DNA of 62,480 nt, the filler included, from Sphacelaria rigidula (Eukaryota): assembly GCA_964200075.2 (NCBI GenBank). It is 8 parts of 8 records of this genome, joined end to end, with 100 filler letters (N's around TTAATTAATTAA, not from the genome) between each part and the next. Parts side by side here need not be neighbours in the genome. Positions count along the whole stretch, not along the records: positions 46,939 to 54,659 come from CAXNAA020013669.1; positions 54,760 to 62,480 come from CAXNAA020013670.1; 6 more parts are not named here. The stretch is one strand, 5' to 3'. The first letter of the stretch is position 1. The number at the start of each line of letters is the position of its first letter. Of this stretch, positions 50,682-62,480 are shown one piece after another. Made by a program: the position numbers and the translations under genes. The notes under the pieces were generated by a model. The model was not told the DNA's origin and did not search any database. It was given only the letters and a program-made list of their open reading frames with translations.

Positions 50682-50993
50682 TGTATATGGTTAGACATCC
50701 CATCGGGCAGTGTAACCCGTGGCTCTCTGGAAGTGGCAAATACTAGAAAATCAAGCAAGTTATTAGAGGCTGTCATGCATACGCAAGATACTTCGTACGC
50801 TTCGAGCTGAACAATCTCAGCAGGGTGCAGTTCACTCCTTATGTGACTCGCCGAACGCATCACGGCGCTTCGCGCTTGGTGAATGACTGAGAGCATGGTC
50901 CGGCGAAAACCCGGCTCGCTCCGTCTAGGTTGTGCAGGGATGCGAGGTCAAATGGTCTCACGACGGCATGGAGTACCATGTGTACACCCCCCC
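50682..50993 (+). mobile_element. LINE family B 3' end in a CAND1 intron, with C-rich tracts on both sides
   Basis: Collinear with ~6250-6520. Preceded by CCCCCCTCGCCCCTTCCC and followed by CCCCCCCTCCCTTC. Confidence 0.8.
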
Positions 50994-51107
50994 TCCCTTC
51001 GTCCTGAAGCGCTGCAAATTATCGGCTACTTGTGTAGGATGCGTGTAATGCTTATGGCAGGTGCGACTTTTTCATGTACTGCAGCGGGTGTACTACACCA
51101 TTAACCA

Positions 51108-51460
51108 GTCGCTCCGGTGGCTCAGTTCATAACCTCGATGCCTTCTGACGGTTGGGTCGTGGGTTCGAATTTCGGTGCAGTCACACGATCAGGGATTTTT
51201 CTCACACAATGCCCAACAGTGGAGAGCGGCTATGTCGTGGGTAGACAAAATTCGACTTCACGGTCGAGGAGGGGAAGGGACTACCAAACCCCTCTCGCGA
51301 TAAAAAATACGGAAAGCACCGCATACGAAAGGTGGAGAATTACAACAAATAAAAAAGAAAAATCTCCCGTGTTAGCCCTCCTGTGTGACCCCCGCTGGTG
51401 CGCCCACATACCCCGAGTGGTGTAGACCGACGTCCAGAATAGACGGGATGACAACACACA
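51108..51460 (+). mobile_element. Full-length tRNA-derived SINE (~350 bp)
   Basis: A box GGTGGCTCAGTT and B box GGTTCGAAT. Body shared with the 17460 and 53139 copies; CA-repeat tail. Confidence 0.85.
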
Positions 51461-51606
51461 TCAATCGGATTGCCGTGCTCCTTGGGGGTTAACTTTAATA
51501 TCCCATGCAGTGCATCTCCAAAACGTGAAAACTCGAGTTGGGCGGGGAAAAAAAAGAAGTAGGAATCGATCAAAATTCGCGACACTGACAGGTAAGGTGA
51601 ACTCAC

Positions 51607-51732
51607 CATAACTTGTTTAAGCCCGGGTTCATTCGGCCCGTCGATTTTTTGGATGGCCACGACACATCGAAGGGCGCTGCGGATGAGGTCGTTTGCCCTT
51701 TCCACCTCCGTTCCCACCTGCTCGGTCTTCAC
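51607..51732 (-). CDS. CAND1: CAND1 penultimate exon (VKTEQVGTEVERANDLIRSALRCVVAIQKIDGPNEPGLKQVM)
   Basis: TCCGCAG acceptor, ATG|GTGAGT donor, 126 bp, phase 0/0. Matches the CAND1/TIP120 motif K...V..E.E...+L.RSA.R.V.A. Confidence 0.92.
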
Positions 51733-53138
51733 CTGCGGAAATCAAAGACAAAAAAACAAAGAAAACGAGACACATGCACAACGCACCCGAAGGTGTGTGA
51801 CTGCTTCAAAGTGCAAACCTTCGCGATACCCTTCGTGAGGTGTCTTATGTACCTCTGCCGCGCTAGGCTGACGGGCTGGCGAATAACTCACACAAAGGAC
51901 ACCTCACGAGCTATATACCTGAGATGACTAATCGAAAAGGATTCTCTGAAGCGCGCTACCTTTACGCTACTCCCGCATGCTCGGCGCCCAGCGTTGTACG
52001 GAGAAAATGTGAAAAAAAAGGGGGCTTGATGAGCTGGCTTATGATCCAGATCATGACACAAGTAACAAGTACTATATTCAGGGTAGCTCCTGAGCTGTCC
52101 GTTCTGTGGACTGATTGCCGGAGGCCTTGTCGAGCACAGGAGACTACCCAAGTGACGAAGGCATGACAGCACCATACTGAGAGGGCCATTGCAAACTGCC
52201 TGCAACACGGCTGTATGCAGCGATCGAACGGCGCGCAATGTGTTTTTTACGACACTTATGAAACAGCAGAGCACAAAACCACAACAAACCGGCCAGAGCT
52301 GAAATGAAGGGAGAATGCCCCCGGTACCCCGTTCCACAGTTAGGCAGCACCACCCCCTCAACATAAAACAGTTGAAAATTGAGCATCGATCTATTTTTTT
52401 CCGTTCTCTCAAAAATATGAGGACTTGAGCATGAATTGTGATGCCCGAACGAGAACCCCACACTGAGATCTATGAGGTGATCATAGACCATGGGCAGCCC
52501 ACGAAAAAGTAAGAATTCGTGCATCACGTCAAATAAAAGGTGCTTAACTAGCGTACCGCTTGGCCTCGAGGGTAGTCCATCTGGATCACGCATACGTTTG
52601 TTTTCAAGTGAAATTGATGCCGATTCCATTGATGACCTACTCACGTCCGTCGAAGGGATAAGATGTGGTGCTACTTGAAAAAAAGACGTCGTGAGTAAGT
52701 TTTTCCAACGCCTAGAAAGAAGCTAGTGGTCAAAACTATTCCGATTTCATGTGTACGGTGGTCCATTCCAGGTGACCAGCTCCCCCCCCCCCCTCTGAGG
52801 GATGGGTTCAAGTCGATTAGGATTAAGTATGGGGGTTCGATTGCCAGCAGAAAAAACACTCGGCATTTTTTCTCCTTGCTCGGGAGCATCTTTTGTCCGT
52901 CGTGGGAAGCGGAAGGAGGATACGAGTAGCGAAATAAAATTAGGGGACGTACGACGTAGTGCGGCAGTGCTGATCGAGTCCGTGATCCCGAAAATTCGGG
53001 CATGTATAAGTGCCGCGAGAGAGATGGGTTGATCGATCCGTCGACGCTACAGTCCGGACTCATCTCGAGGGAGCGAAAGGGTTTGAAAGTAAGAAGTATG
53101 ATGAGAAAACCAAAAATAAAATTTGCGAGAAGATATTA

Positions 53139-53424
53139 GATTTTTTACTCACACCATGGTCAACAGTGAAGAGCGACTAAATATCTCGCGAGTACACAAA
53201 ATTCTACTTCACGGTCGGTGAGGGAAAGGGACTGCAGAACCCCTCTTGCCATAAAAAAAAAAGGTAAGCACCGCAAGAGGAAGGTGAGGTACTGAATCAC
53301 AATATAAAGACAAAAAAACAAATCCTGTACTTGCCTTACTTCTCTGTGACCCCGGCTAATGCGCCTATATATGCCGAAAGGTGTAGACGGGCGTCCCCAA
53401 TAGATGGGATAACACATACACACA
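53139..53424 (+). mobile_element. tRNA-derived SINE, 5'-truncated copy
   Basis: Collinear with 51192-51460. Confidence 0.8.
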
Positions 53425-54261
53425 ATCGCTCGGAAAGGTGGCGATACTAATCCTCACAGGAAATGGCGCGGATACCACCGCTAACTCCTACTTACACTCT
53501 TGCTCTTTGAATATTTCAAAATATGTATGAATACAGCCATGTTGTCTTGGGCATGTGTACCATGTTACCACGGCTGGATCCCTCAAGAATCAGTTGAAGT
53601 GTGACAATCAAGCAATCATTGAGCCAACAGGTATCATGCTCACGTGAATGTCACGGTGGATAGCACACCCTCAGGTGGAGATTTTTCTTGAACCTCGATA
53701 CCCATTCAAGATAATGAAGCTGTAGCAGCATTCAGTGTGACGGAAAATATAGTGGTACCAGAACTTGTATCATTTGACAGAAAGAAAAAAAAAACGATAT
53801 CTGTTTACAGGTATATATATATATATATACATACGACAACTCAGGGTCCTTTTTTGGCACTTGATAACACTTGATAATTGCGCAGTATAAACATTTTCTT
53901 CACCAAAACCTAACTGGGGAAATATGTTTCACTTGGATATCGTGTCACCCGTGACACATCTACGGTACGATACAAGCGTTACCTGTACTTGAGTCGTTTC
54001 CCTCTCCTCCACATACTTACTGTTATTAGTGACGTCATGTCTCTTTCCTCAATATTTCCATGTTTCCCGTGTGCAGTTCGTCACAGAGACAATCACGGCG
54101 TGCGTGCACTGACTACTGTCATGCGTTGTACCAGGTCTGCTTCGGAGCCCCCGGCATGCTTCCTCACTCGACGACAAAAGAACAGAGACTGTTATGCCCT
54201 GCGATTGTCCCCTGCAGTGGCGCACAACACGATGTTGATAGAGCGAGCACGAGCCACGTAC

Positions 54262-54399
54262 CTGCTTGTTGCAAGTCTTTTCGAGCGGGTCGATGATCGC
54301 GTCCAACGAGCTCAGCACGCCGCCTGGAGAGTACTCGCTGACCTTGGCCACAATCTGATGGCACAACATCTGCACATCCGGCTTCGAGTCGCCCATTCC
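54262..54399 (-). CDS. CAND1: CAND1 exon (GMGDSKPDVQMLCHQIVAKVSEYSPGGVLSSLDAIIDPLEKTCNKQ)
   Basis: GTGCAG acceptor, CAG|GTACGT donor, 138 bp, phase 0/0. Matches the CAND1 pattern G..D..D+.M.CH.I..++....P..VL..LD.++.PL..T. Confidence 0.92.
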
Positions 54400-54659
54400 C
54401 TGCACAGTCACGTAAAAAAACCGTACCATGTACATACCCCCATGAAACGCGTCGCAAGGCGGGATACAGAAACAGACAGACAGACACGAAAACCTAGAAC
54501 GGTTCGGACGAATCATCGCCGCTTCAAATCACCAAATCCACGATTTTTCAGGCCTGGTTGCTCGAAAAAAAAAAAAAAACGGTGACCGCAGGGCAAAAAA
54601 GGACCGACGCAATTTTTGCGCCGGTGGAAGCAACCACACTAAAAACAACTACTTTCCCA

Positions 54660-54759
54660 NNNNNNNNNNNNNNNNNNNNNNNNNNNNNNNNNNNNNNNNN
54701 NNNTTAATTAATTAANNNNNNNNNNNNNNNNNNNNNNNNNNNNNNNNNNNNNNNNNNNN
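54660..54759. other. Artificial contig spacer
   Basis: 44 N + TTAATTAATTAA + 44 N. Confidence 0.98.
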
Positions 54760-55655
54760 CGTCTCTCTGGGACCAAGGCCTCAACAATACAATACATCTT
54801 TTTCTCCAGAAGCCACGAGTCTATCAACAAAACAACTTTTTTTCTTCTTGACTTCATCGTTGGAAAATCTATCACGTTACGTAAACGCTGCAGTTGTACG
54901 TTCGTCCAAGAACTATGAACGTCAGTCGAGTTTAAAATAAAGTGGTGGTCAGATGTAGAAATCCACGACAGTTATCACCTTGTGTCGACTGTTGTTGACC
55001 AAAAGTGGTAGTCAAGTGGAAACAAATCTACGACTACCGGAAAATGCGAACGTGACACGGATTGTCCCTCCGGAATTGACCATCTCGGCAGACGAGTGTA
55101 TGTGTAAAAAACAGAAATCTGCCACGACCAGAAAAAACCAAGGTATCCTCGAGTTTTTTTTCCCACGAGTACATGACGCCATTAGAAACCGCCGATACCC
55201 CCTTAATCCCTTTCGGACGCAAAATGGTACAGATGAACAAAAAAGTAGTGCCACGAGCTGGGCGAGTAGTAAATCCCGATTTGCCTCTCACACCGTAAGC
55301 TATCTAATTTTCGAAAATCAGATCGCCTTCAGCATATCGCTATGACCTGCCGACCAACTTGGTAACGCACGGGGCCGCCGCTGAATGAAGAAAAATGAAA
55401 AAATGTACTGCATAATGCACCACCTAACCGACGCAATAAATAAAAGGGCATCCGTCGGGATTCGAACTCATGACCTCCATAATTGGAGTCAACTGCAGCG
55501 CTTGGATCAAAGGAGCGCAGCCGTGCCACACGAAAAGTTGGATGCTGCGCCAAATTTCTGGAAGTTTTGGCCGTAATTGCACCAGGATCTCTTCCACTGA
55601 AGGACGCACAACTATAATAGCGATGCCCACGTATTCATTTTTTTTCACGGGGTTA

Positions 55656-56133
55656 GGCCGCTTCTTACAGACTGGAAAAAAAAATGTCTGAGAACTGCTT
55701 TTGAACCTTTCATCACGGATTATTGGCGGAATACGGGCCTTGGCTGATTTGGCCCCCTCGGAAAGATTTGCTCTATTTTTCAGGAGGATTCCAGCACGCT
55801 TGATCAATATTTCGTACTCCCAGTTTTACTCTTGGCCGGGTTTTGGATTTTTTCAGTCACATGAAAAAACTTCGAGTTGTCGGGAAAAAGTACGTTTTTT
55901 TCCCGATAAGTGGACAATTTTCCCGGCGACTGCAAAATTCCAGAATCCGGACACGAGTAAAACTGGGAGTACGAAAGATCGGACAAGCGCGCTGTAATCC
56001 TCGTGAAAAATATAGCAAATCTTTCCGAGGGGGCCAAATCCGCCAAGGCCCGTATTCCAACAATAATCCGAGGTGAAAGGTTCAAAAGGGCAGTTCTCAG
56101 ACAGATTTGTTTTTCAGTCTAAAAGAAGCGGCC
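55656..56133. mobile_element. Foldback MITE (~478 bp), possibly PIF/Harbinger (Tourist-like)
   Basis: Arms GGCCGCTTCTTACAGACTG... / ...CAGTCTAAAAGAAGCGGCC pair over >200 bp, giving mirror ORFs 55701+ and 55804-56085(-). Flanks TTA and TTT. Confidence 0.88.
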
Positions 56134-56374
56134 TTTACAGCGTTTTTCTAGTTTTTGGAGAAACTGTAAATCGCTTGAAGTGCAGATATATTTTATTTTT
56201 CGTGGCATCCCCGGGAAGGTTGTGCGTTGCGATGATAGAAATATGGTGTCAATATTTCAGCGCCCAACGCTTCGGATTACCCACCACTCGGCCCGGATAC
56301 ATTCGCAAATCGCTGTCAGCTGGCCCAGCTCGTACGGTATTTTATTGCGTTGCTTGTTTGCCATGAGAACTGAC

Positions 56375-56709
56375 CTTGGACGCGGAGGGGTCCCGGCGTC
56401 GCTGACGACAGTATGCTTGTGTTTGCACACTATGTTTTGGCCAGCGACCCCGCGCGCCACCGCAGCTATAACGGCATGCGCCTGCTTGAACTATCTTCTC
56501 TGCTGACGGGCAACGCTGTTGTTTCCATGAAAGAGGGTGGGAGAATATATTGACGACTACGAACACAATTGAACGCGGCGCAATTGCCGCCGGCTCCTCT
56601 TGGATACCAACTTTCTTTGTACTCGGGAGTATCTGATGCGCTTTTCCACCGCATCTCATGTGTTCCAACACCCCCCACCAAGATGGCAATATCTCAATAC
56701 ACACAGCAG
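56375..56709 (-). CDS. Possible next exon of the F-box-like gene (may be decayed)
   Basis: TCTTTGCAG acceptor, open in the phase-1 frame required by the upstream exon, candidate AAG|GTCAGT donor. The translation is not recognisable. Confidence 0.35.
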
Positions 56710-57316
56710 CTGCAAAGACAAATCAAATTGTTCTGTGTAGCTAAGATGCATCTCCATCAGCCCTCGACGTTACGACTGCGCGTATCCTTGCCGTGGATGA
56801 AAATGTTGATGTGTAGTAAGGTTCATCTTTCGCGATTTCCGCACGATCCCGGGAACTAATTAGCGCGAGTTGGATGTTAAACGATGGCTATTATCAATTA
56901 CTACTCGCCTCTTCAGTTTTAGTGGGCTGCCAGTCCTCCAGCGCGAGTTATCTGCGATAGCGTGTAGGTCGGCCATATTGGAAAATGGCTTGTGGGCTTG
57001 TACAGATTTCCGTGGCCTTTTTCCCGGTTATCCGTCGATCGTTCGTATGCTGTACTGGATGGAATTGAACCGGACTTCGACGGAGGGGTAGTGAAGGATA
57101 ATTATTACAGCTGTGCATCAGCATAGTTGTCATTTTTCTGCCCTTTCGACTTACTTCATTTTACCAAGTCGCGTTTTGGGGGTGGTGGTGAAAAACGTGA
57201 CACTAAACTGAGCGTAACACTGAAACTTGGTGCCGCAACAAAATGATGTTCAGTGACGGTGTGTACTTTGTACATTCGGTTTCCCGTCGTTTGCACGACA
57301 AAAAACATGACCTCAC

Positions 57317-57587
57317 CTTTCTGAAGAGCACCGCCCAAGGAGTGACACACCCCGATGCATGAGACCAGGCAGTCCGAATGAAGGAAGGCTAGCACCAGGC
57401 CCAGCTCTTCGTCACTCAACCGCTCAAATGCAACAGCTTGTTCCTCCTCTGGCATCATGCCTCCAGGAGCCGCTTCAAGATCATGCTTTCCTTCGTCATT
57501 CCGGGGCGTATGTGCCTCATCGGTAGTGCTTCTTCCATCCGGCAAGGGCCCCATCTTCTCTTCACCTCCACTCTCCGAATTCTGCAT
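57317..57587 (-). CDS. Exon encoding a disordered N-terminus and an F-box-like motif
   Basis: FERLSDEELGLVLAFLHSDCLVSCIGVCHSL fits L..E.L..+..FL....L.....VC. AAAG|GTGAGG donor; ATG at 57587, with an acceptor-like TCGCAG 20 nt upstream. Confidence 0.7.
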
Positions 57588-58213
57588 GGATTTATTCAAT
57601 AGTAGGCTGCGATAACACAGCAGAGCAGGCTGTTTCGGGCTTGCTTTGCTGAAGTAGGGGCTACAGACGGTAGTGGATGTTCATATTTTTGTCTTTTTCT
57701 CCTATGATCATCTGCTCAGACCCGCAATTATACTCCAAAAGAGACGTGCTAACTTTCCATCACCACCCCGTTGACGCATTCTCGGTTCAACTCTAAATCC
57801 TTGAATCTCTCCCGATCCGAGGCATACCATGAAACCTCGGGCAAGTGATATGCGGAGGTTGTCCGAGGTGAAATGTGCGTTGATAGAGCTCGGCGTTGAT
57901 ACAAGCGACATCGCAAAACATGTGTGCTCCGCGTGATCGGCGTGCTCGGGACCGTCAGAAGTCAGGATATTTGAATCTGATGAGTTGCGGCAGTCGCATC
58001 AAAAAGAACCCCCCTAGCGTAAAAAGTCGATCTTCCATACTAGTGTATGTGCACCCCTTGCCCGAGGGAAGCTGTGTACCGTTGCTGGGTAGACTGACAG
58101 CGAGCCGCCCGTAAATCGGTGTGATGTAGAGTGCAGCCGTACTGCGTTATAAATTCCCCATGTTTTCACAATTAGTACTTGCACCTTTCTAGCGCGATAA
58201 TATATTGACCTGC

Positions 58214-59880
58214 AATCCATGGTCGCCTGGCTTCGAAAAATTAACTGCCAAATTCGAAAAGTTACGCCGAGTCTCGATGACTGCTGGCTTTTCATTATAG
58301 CCCTTGTGACATGAGCCACCGAGAGAACGCCATCATTCGGTTAGTCGAAAGATAGTCCACATCGATCGTGCACATAGAATGCCGCATCAGCCGAGTGGGT
58401 AATTACCGCTGTACTGTTGACAGACGAATGAGACCGCGCCCGGTTGCGCTGAGGAGTTCAATAGACGCAAACCCGGTGCAGTACCAATTGTGGGCGAAAG
58501 ATGGAAGATTCAGATTCACAGGCTGTCTTCTCGCATGTCTGAACTATCACGCACTCGCCAAAATAGTTAAATCACCGGGAGGAGAAGGAACAGCAGAAGG
58601 GGTTCGGATGCCAATCACATAGCAGGGAAGGTTTTATTGTAGAGGTGTGAGATATTCATTTCTCTCCTGCAAGTCTCCCACTGTATTGCCCTCCTGCTTG
58701 TGCCTGATCATCCAAAGCATGCACGTTCCGGAGCTACACTACGGCTGAGTACACAAGAACTGAACGCTTCGGAATCAGACCCGCGGTTCACCGCTCTTTT
58801 CGAGGGGATCCGAAACGGAGATGATGAGAATGTTGTTGAAAACCTTGAACAAACGCAACGGTTTTCTTCTTCACAGCGTGCCGTCGTCCTACTCCCGAGC
58901 CATAACAACCGCACGACCTGAATTGTACCGACGGCACTGCTCTACTGTTGTGCTACATTGCCACCTAAGCCCAGCCACATCTACTACAGTCACCCTGTAG
59001 GTGTAGCTGACTGGTAACCGCACCCGCCAAAGTAACATCTATCCTCCCTCCAGTCCTTCAAGGAAAGGAGAGGGGAGGGAGAGAGTGAACAACGCACTAC
59101 ACAGACGCACAACAGGGCAGCCGGTTTCCACCGCCTGTGTCAAAGGGGTATTCGGTGTTACCAGCTCGATCACGTCACAGGGGGCACGAAACTCCCACAA
59201 ACTGATCTATTATTCAGTATCTGCGCCGAGATTTCTAGAACGCGTCAGCAAAGGTTCTGAGAGTGTTGGGATGCGCATTTGGTTCGCTGAAGGAGCGTAG
59301 GTGACAGAACACAAGCTTGACTGGGGGTGGGTGGCGGAGAAGGGTGGTAACAAGCTTAGCTGGCCATCATTGGGTGCAACTGATCGGTCGGTTACGGTTC
59401 ACGGGAGCAAGTAAGTGGCGAAAATTCTTAAGCATCTTCGGCCAAGGAGAGATCGGCCAGTCCGCATCCCCAAGACCATCGAATGCTATTGGCCAAGTCC
59501 GTGCACGCAGCACATCGGGAGTCAGGTGAGGTCTGTAGGTGAATATCCCATGTGGTGCTGTGGTGTAACATTCCCCGGCAATCATTCCGTCGCTCATCAT
59601 TACTTTTTTTCGTGAGTTTTTTGCTTGTGTGTTCGTGTATCGTTGGATGTGGATGGTTTTGTTCGGATGGACGTGATGCCCCAATTCTTACAGTCTATTG
59701 CGGGGATGTGCTCCTCAGACTAGGGTGCGTTGTACAGCTCAAATCAGGGGCTGATTTGAGCCAAAACAAGGGCTGATGACGAGTTGGACGTAAACGCTCC
59801 CTTCTCATCCCAGACCGTGTCGGCACTTGTGACCCCCCCCACCCCCCCCCCCCCCCACCGGCTGACATCCGCATACTGGT
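58214..59880 (+). pseudogene. Second heavily decayed, intronless PIF1-type helicase (Helitron-like)
   Basis: Ordered remnants: IHG/SPGFEK 58215-58240 (Walker A-like); W...ALAKI ~58490-58566; V*DIHFSP 58645-58668 (cf. GDFHQLPP); DPRFTALFEGIRNG 58778-58819; RAVVLLPSHN 58877-58906; FAEGA*V 59283-59303; LGCVV..K.QGL 59720-59757; LDVN 59784-59795; ADIRIL 59860-59877. Confidence 0.5.
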
Positions 59881-62480
59881 ACAACTCCAGATTGCCTGCC
59901 AAAGAACTNNNNNNNNNNGTGTTGAACGACAAGGCAAGGGAGGAGGTGGCTTCGGCTCCCCCCTCCCCCTCCCCCACCCGGCCCTGCCCTTGCGGGCCCC
60001 CCCCCCCCCCCCCCCCCCGAAGATTCGAACGTGGTTGTACTGAAACCACGTACCAAGAAATGTGTCCAGTTCGCGTAAACTCCCCCCAGAGCCACTTTCC
60101 CTTGTACGGATCTTTCTAGCCACCATACCGACAATATCGACACCGTTAGCCTTATCCTCATAGTCTGAAACGCAGTTGACTGGGAACCCTCGAACCTTGC
60201 GCAACGAAATGGACCTCTACAGTGCCTCATTCGGGCTGGTGAAACTTGGCGTTCAATGCGCTGGTAGAGGGTTCTCCACGGTAACTCCATCTTGTATTGT
60301 CAGCATCGTTGGCACCTCGAGGGCCGTAGAGCTGGGTCGGGAAGGAACAACGAACTGTGGAGCGAGCCTTTGCATCTAGGAACGATTCGTCACTAATTTC
60401 CGTATATTACGACAAAGCGCCCCCGACTTGACATGGAGTAGCAGTCGTGTTGGGCCAACCTGTGCACACTCGGTAATTTTTTTAGTACTTGATTACGCTG
60501 ATTCAACAGATGACAGTGCTCCCGGCCATACGGTGAGACCACTGCGCCCATGTGTGTGACTGAAAGTTGAAGAGTTCGGTCACTGGTGTAGCTCGTCCGG
60601 TCCATCATTCTTGAGTTCACAAGAGATTCAGAGTAGTGGGGGTCTCGGTTACGAAGCAAATGACGACTCAATGAAGCACGAACCCCGGGGACTTTTACCC
60701 CGTAACCTTCTGTCCTAAGAGACTCGCCGCGAATTTTGTCGTTCGCTCTTGCACCTACCGGACTGTGAGACGGGAGAACAGTACTGGTGCAGTTGAACTG
60801 CACTCTACGGTAGGATATGATACTGTATGGCATGTATGGTCCGTGCAATACCCAGCTGTAGCTCGATACATTCAGCGTCAGCGCTATGTTGAGACGATAG
60901 GCCTTTCAAAGTTTTCGAGACACCCGGGACGTGCTCGGGACTCGATAAAGAACCGACCGTCAGTCAACTACATGCTCCTTGGACGGCATGTCACACTCTT
61001 CCGTTATGTGACCCTGAAACCGGTAGAGTTTGTCCGAGGAAGGTGCTATTGAATCTCATGGTTGATTTTGCTTTGTTTGAGTCGAACGATGGAGATTCGG
61101 ATCTTCAACGAGGCTGACGGTCCCGCATGCATCATTGCGTCCGCAGACGCGTATTCGTCCACTTGGACGCCACAGGCGCCGATTTGACACCTGCCAACCT
61201 GGGCTGAGGGGCTTAGGTTACACTTTTTCCAACGACATACTTCGCACCCCTGTGCTCGAGAGTTCTCAGTATGCCTAAGTTTGCAGTTGGGTCGAGTTTT
61301 ACCGCTGTTTCAAAAATATGTTCTCCATGAATATACACTTCATGGCCCCGAACTGCGACACGACACGTTGTCATGTTGTGAAGTGACAACTGTCGTGAAG
61401 GACAATTTTGAATCATTGACGGATCTGATCCAGAGCCCGTTGCAATTCCCGAGATCTCACATGGAGCCTTTTTTGTTTCCGAGGGAGATGTGCCTCACAC
61501 CGACTCTTCTCTTGGGATAGTCGCGTTAGAGAAAGAAGCAGTTCGATGACCCGGTCGCCTGCAGTCGCTTGTGAAGAAATAATTGATATTCTGAACTGTT
61601 CTGGGCTGTATAGCCAGCTAGCGGAGGGAAATGAAGCCCACACCGGGCCTGGACAGAAAAAGAACGCGAACGATTCAGTCTTATCGACTTCTCTGGAGTG
61701 CATGGGCCTTGAGTAGCGCACGTGTCCACCAACACACAGGAATCCCGGGTTGAATCCTTCGAGAATCATGTAGAAAAGCGAAAAGTAAGCTGAATTGAGT
61801 TCAATTATTATATAACGACCCGTACCCATAAACTCGGTGCCCCAACATTGTTCTGAAATGTTCCGTCGCCAATAACTCACGTAAGAAAAGAAAAAACATG
61901 GAGAAAAATCTGGTCTTCGCGCATCCGCCCTGTATTTGCTGTTAAAAAATCTTCGAAAAAGATCAATGGTGGGACAAATAATGACTCGTCTGAAAATATT
62001 TGATTTTAGACTGACTGATTCGTACCGTACGAATCAACCCATAGGCTTTGTTTTCAGCGTTGCAACCCAGGTCCACGCAGCCCAGACACGTGAAATGGTG
62101 CAAAAGTTACGTGGTCCCCCCTTGGACGAGCCGTCAACTTTTTTCTTCTTTCTCCCTTTCGGGCAATCAGGCCGAAGAAATCGTGATCGTGGATTTGGTG
62201 GTTCTTTAGTCGTGATGATTCGTCCTAACCGTGAAAAGATCCAAAATTGAGCTCACGACTCGCGTCATTCCGTCGACAGCCGGTCCCTATAGTGTGCAGT
62301 ATGTAGATGGGCCAGTTTCGAATAATTCAGAAGCATATCTGCTGTTCAATTTCAAGCTGTTTTCGATAAATTTTTGTCACAAAAGACAGGACGCAAACGA
62401 GCACGCGACGACCCCTTCTTTACCACCCCCCCCCCCCCCCCTTCTCTCTTTCTCCCCCCCCGCTCCACGTTCGCTGTTCC

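Noticed and set aside
7725-54759. ~7.82-kb periodicity of TTAATTAATTAA
   Set aside because: Artificial linker between size-sorted contigs.
49724-57587. CAND1 next to an F-box gene as a functional SCF cluster
   Set aside because: They are separated by an artificial spacer and lie on unrelated contigs.
60060-61900. Protein-looking minus-strand ORFs at the window end
   Set aside because: No consistent frame, exon pair or recognisable motif; possibly decayed coding DNA but unsupported.

Overview
Eukaryotic, intron-rich, repeat-rich DNA. A brown alga or other stramenopile is my inference from gene structure and repeat style; it is not verified. The window is not contiguous genome: it is eight unrelated ~7.72 kb contigs, sorted by decreasing length and joined by identical 100-bp spacers (44 N + TTAATTAATTAA + 44 N). 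Host genes appear only as minus-strand exon sets: a HEATR5/SWEETIE/Laa1-like HEAT protein (2 exons), a multipass membrane protein (5 in-phase exons), the last 3 exons of CAND1, and an F-box-like exon. There is one canonical tRNA-Thr(AGT). Mobile DNA dominates: a full-length but decayed Ty1/Copia element, many 5'-truncated LINE pieces, tRNA-derived SINEs, and several foldback or hAT-type MITEs. Two observations stand out. (1) Two LINE families with unrelated ORF2 ends share a structured ~70-nt 3' terminus, end in oligo(C) rather than poly(A), and sit within C-tracts, stacking head-to-tail. (2) Two independent, intronless, heavily frameshifted PIF1-type helicase fossils lie in regions where the ORF track gives only fragments. 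All alignments and counts were done by eye, and the edges of decayed elements are approximate.
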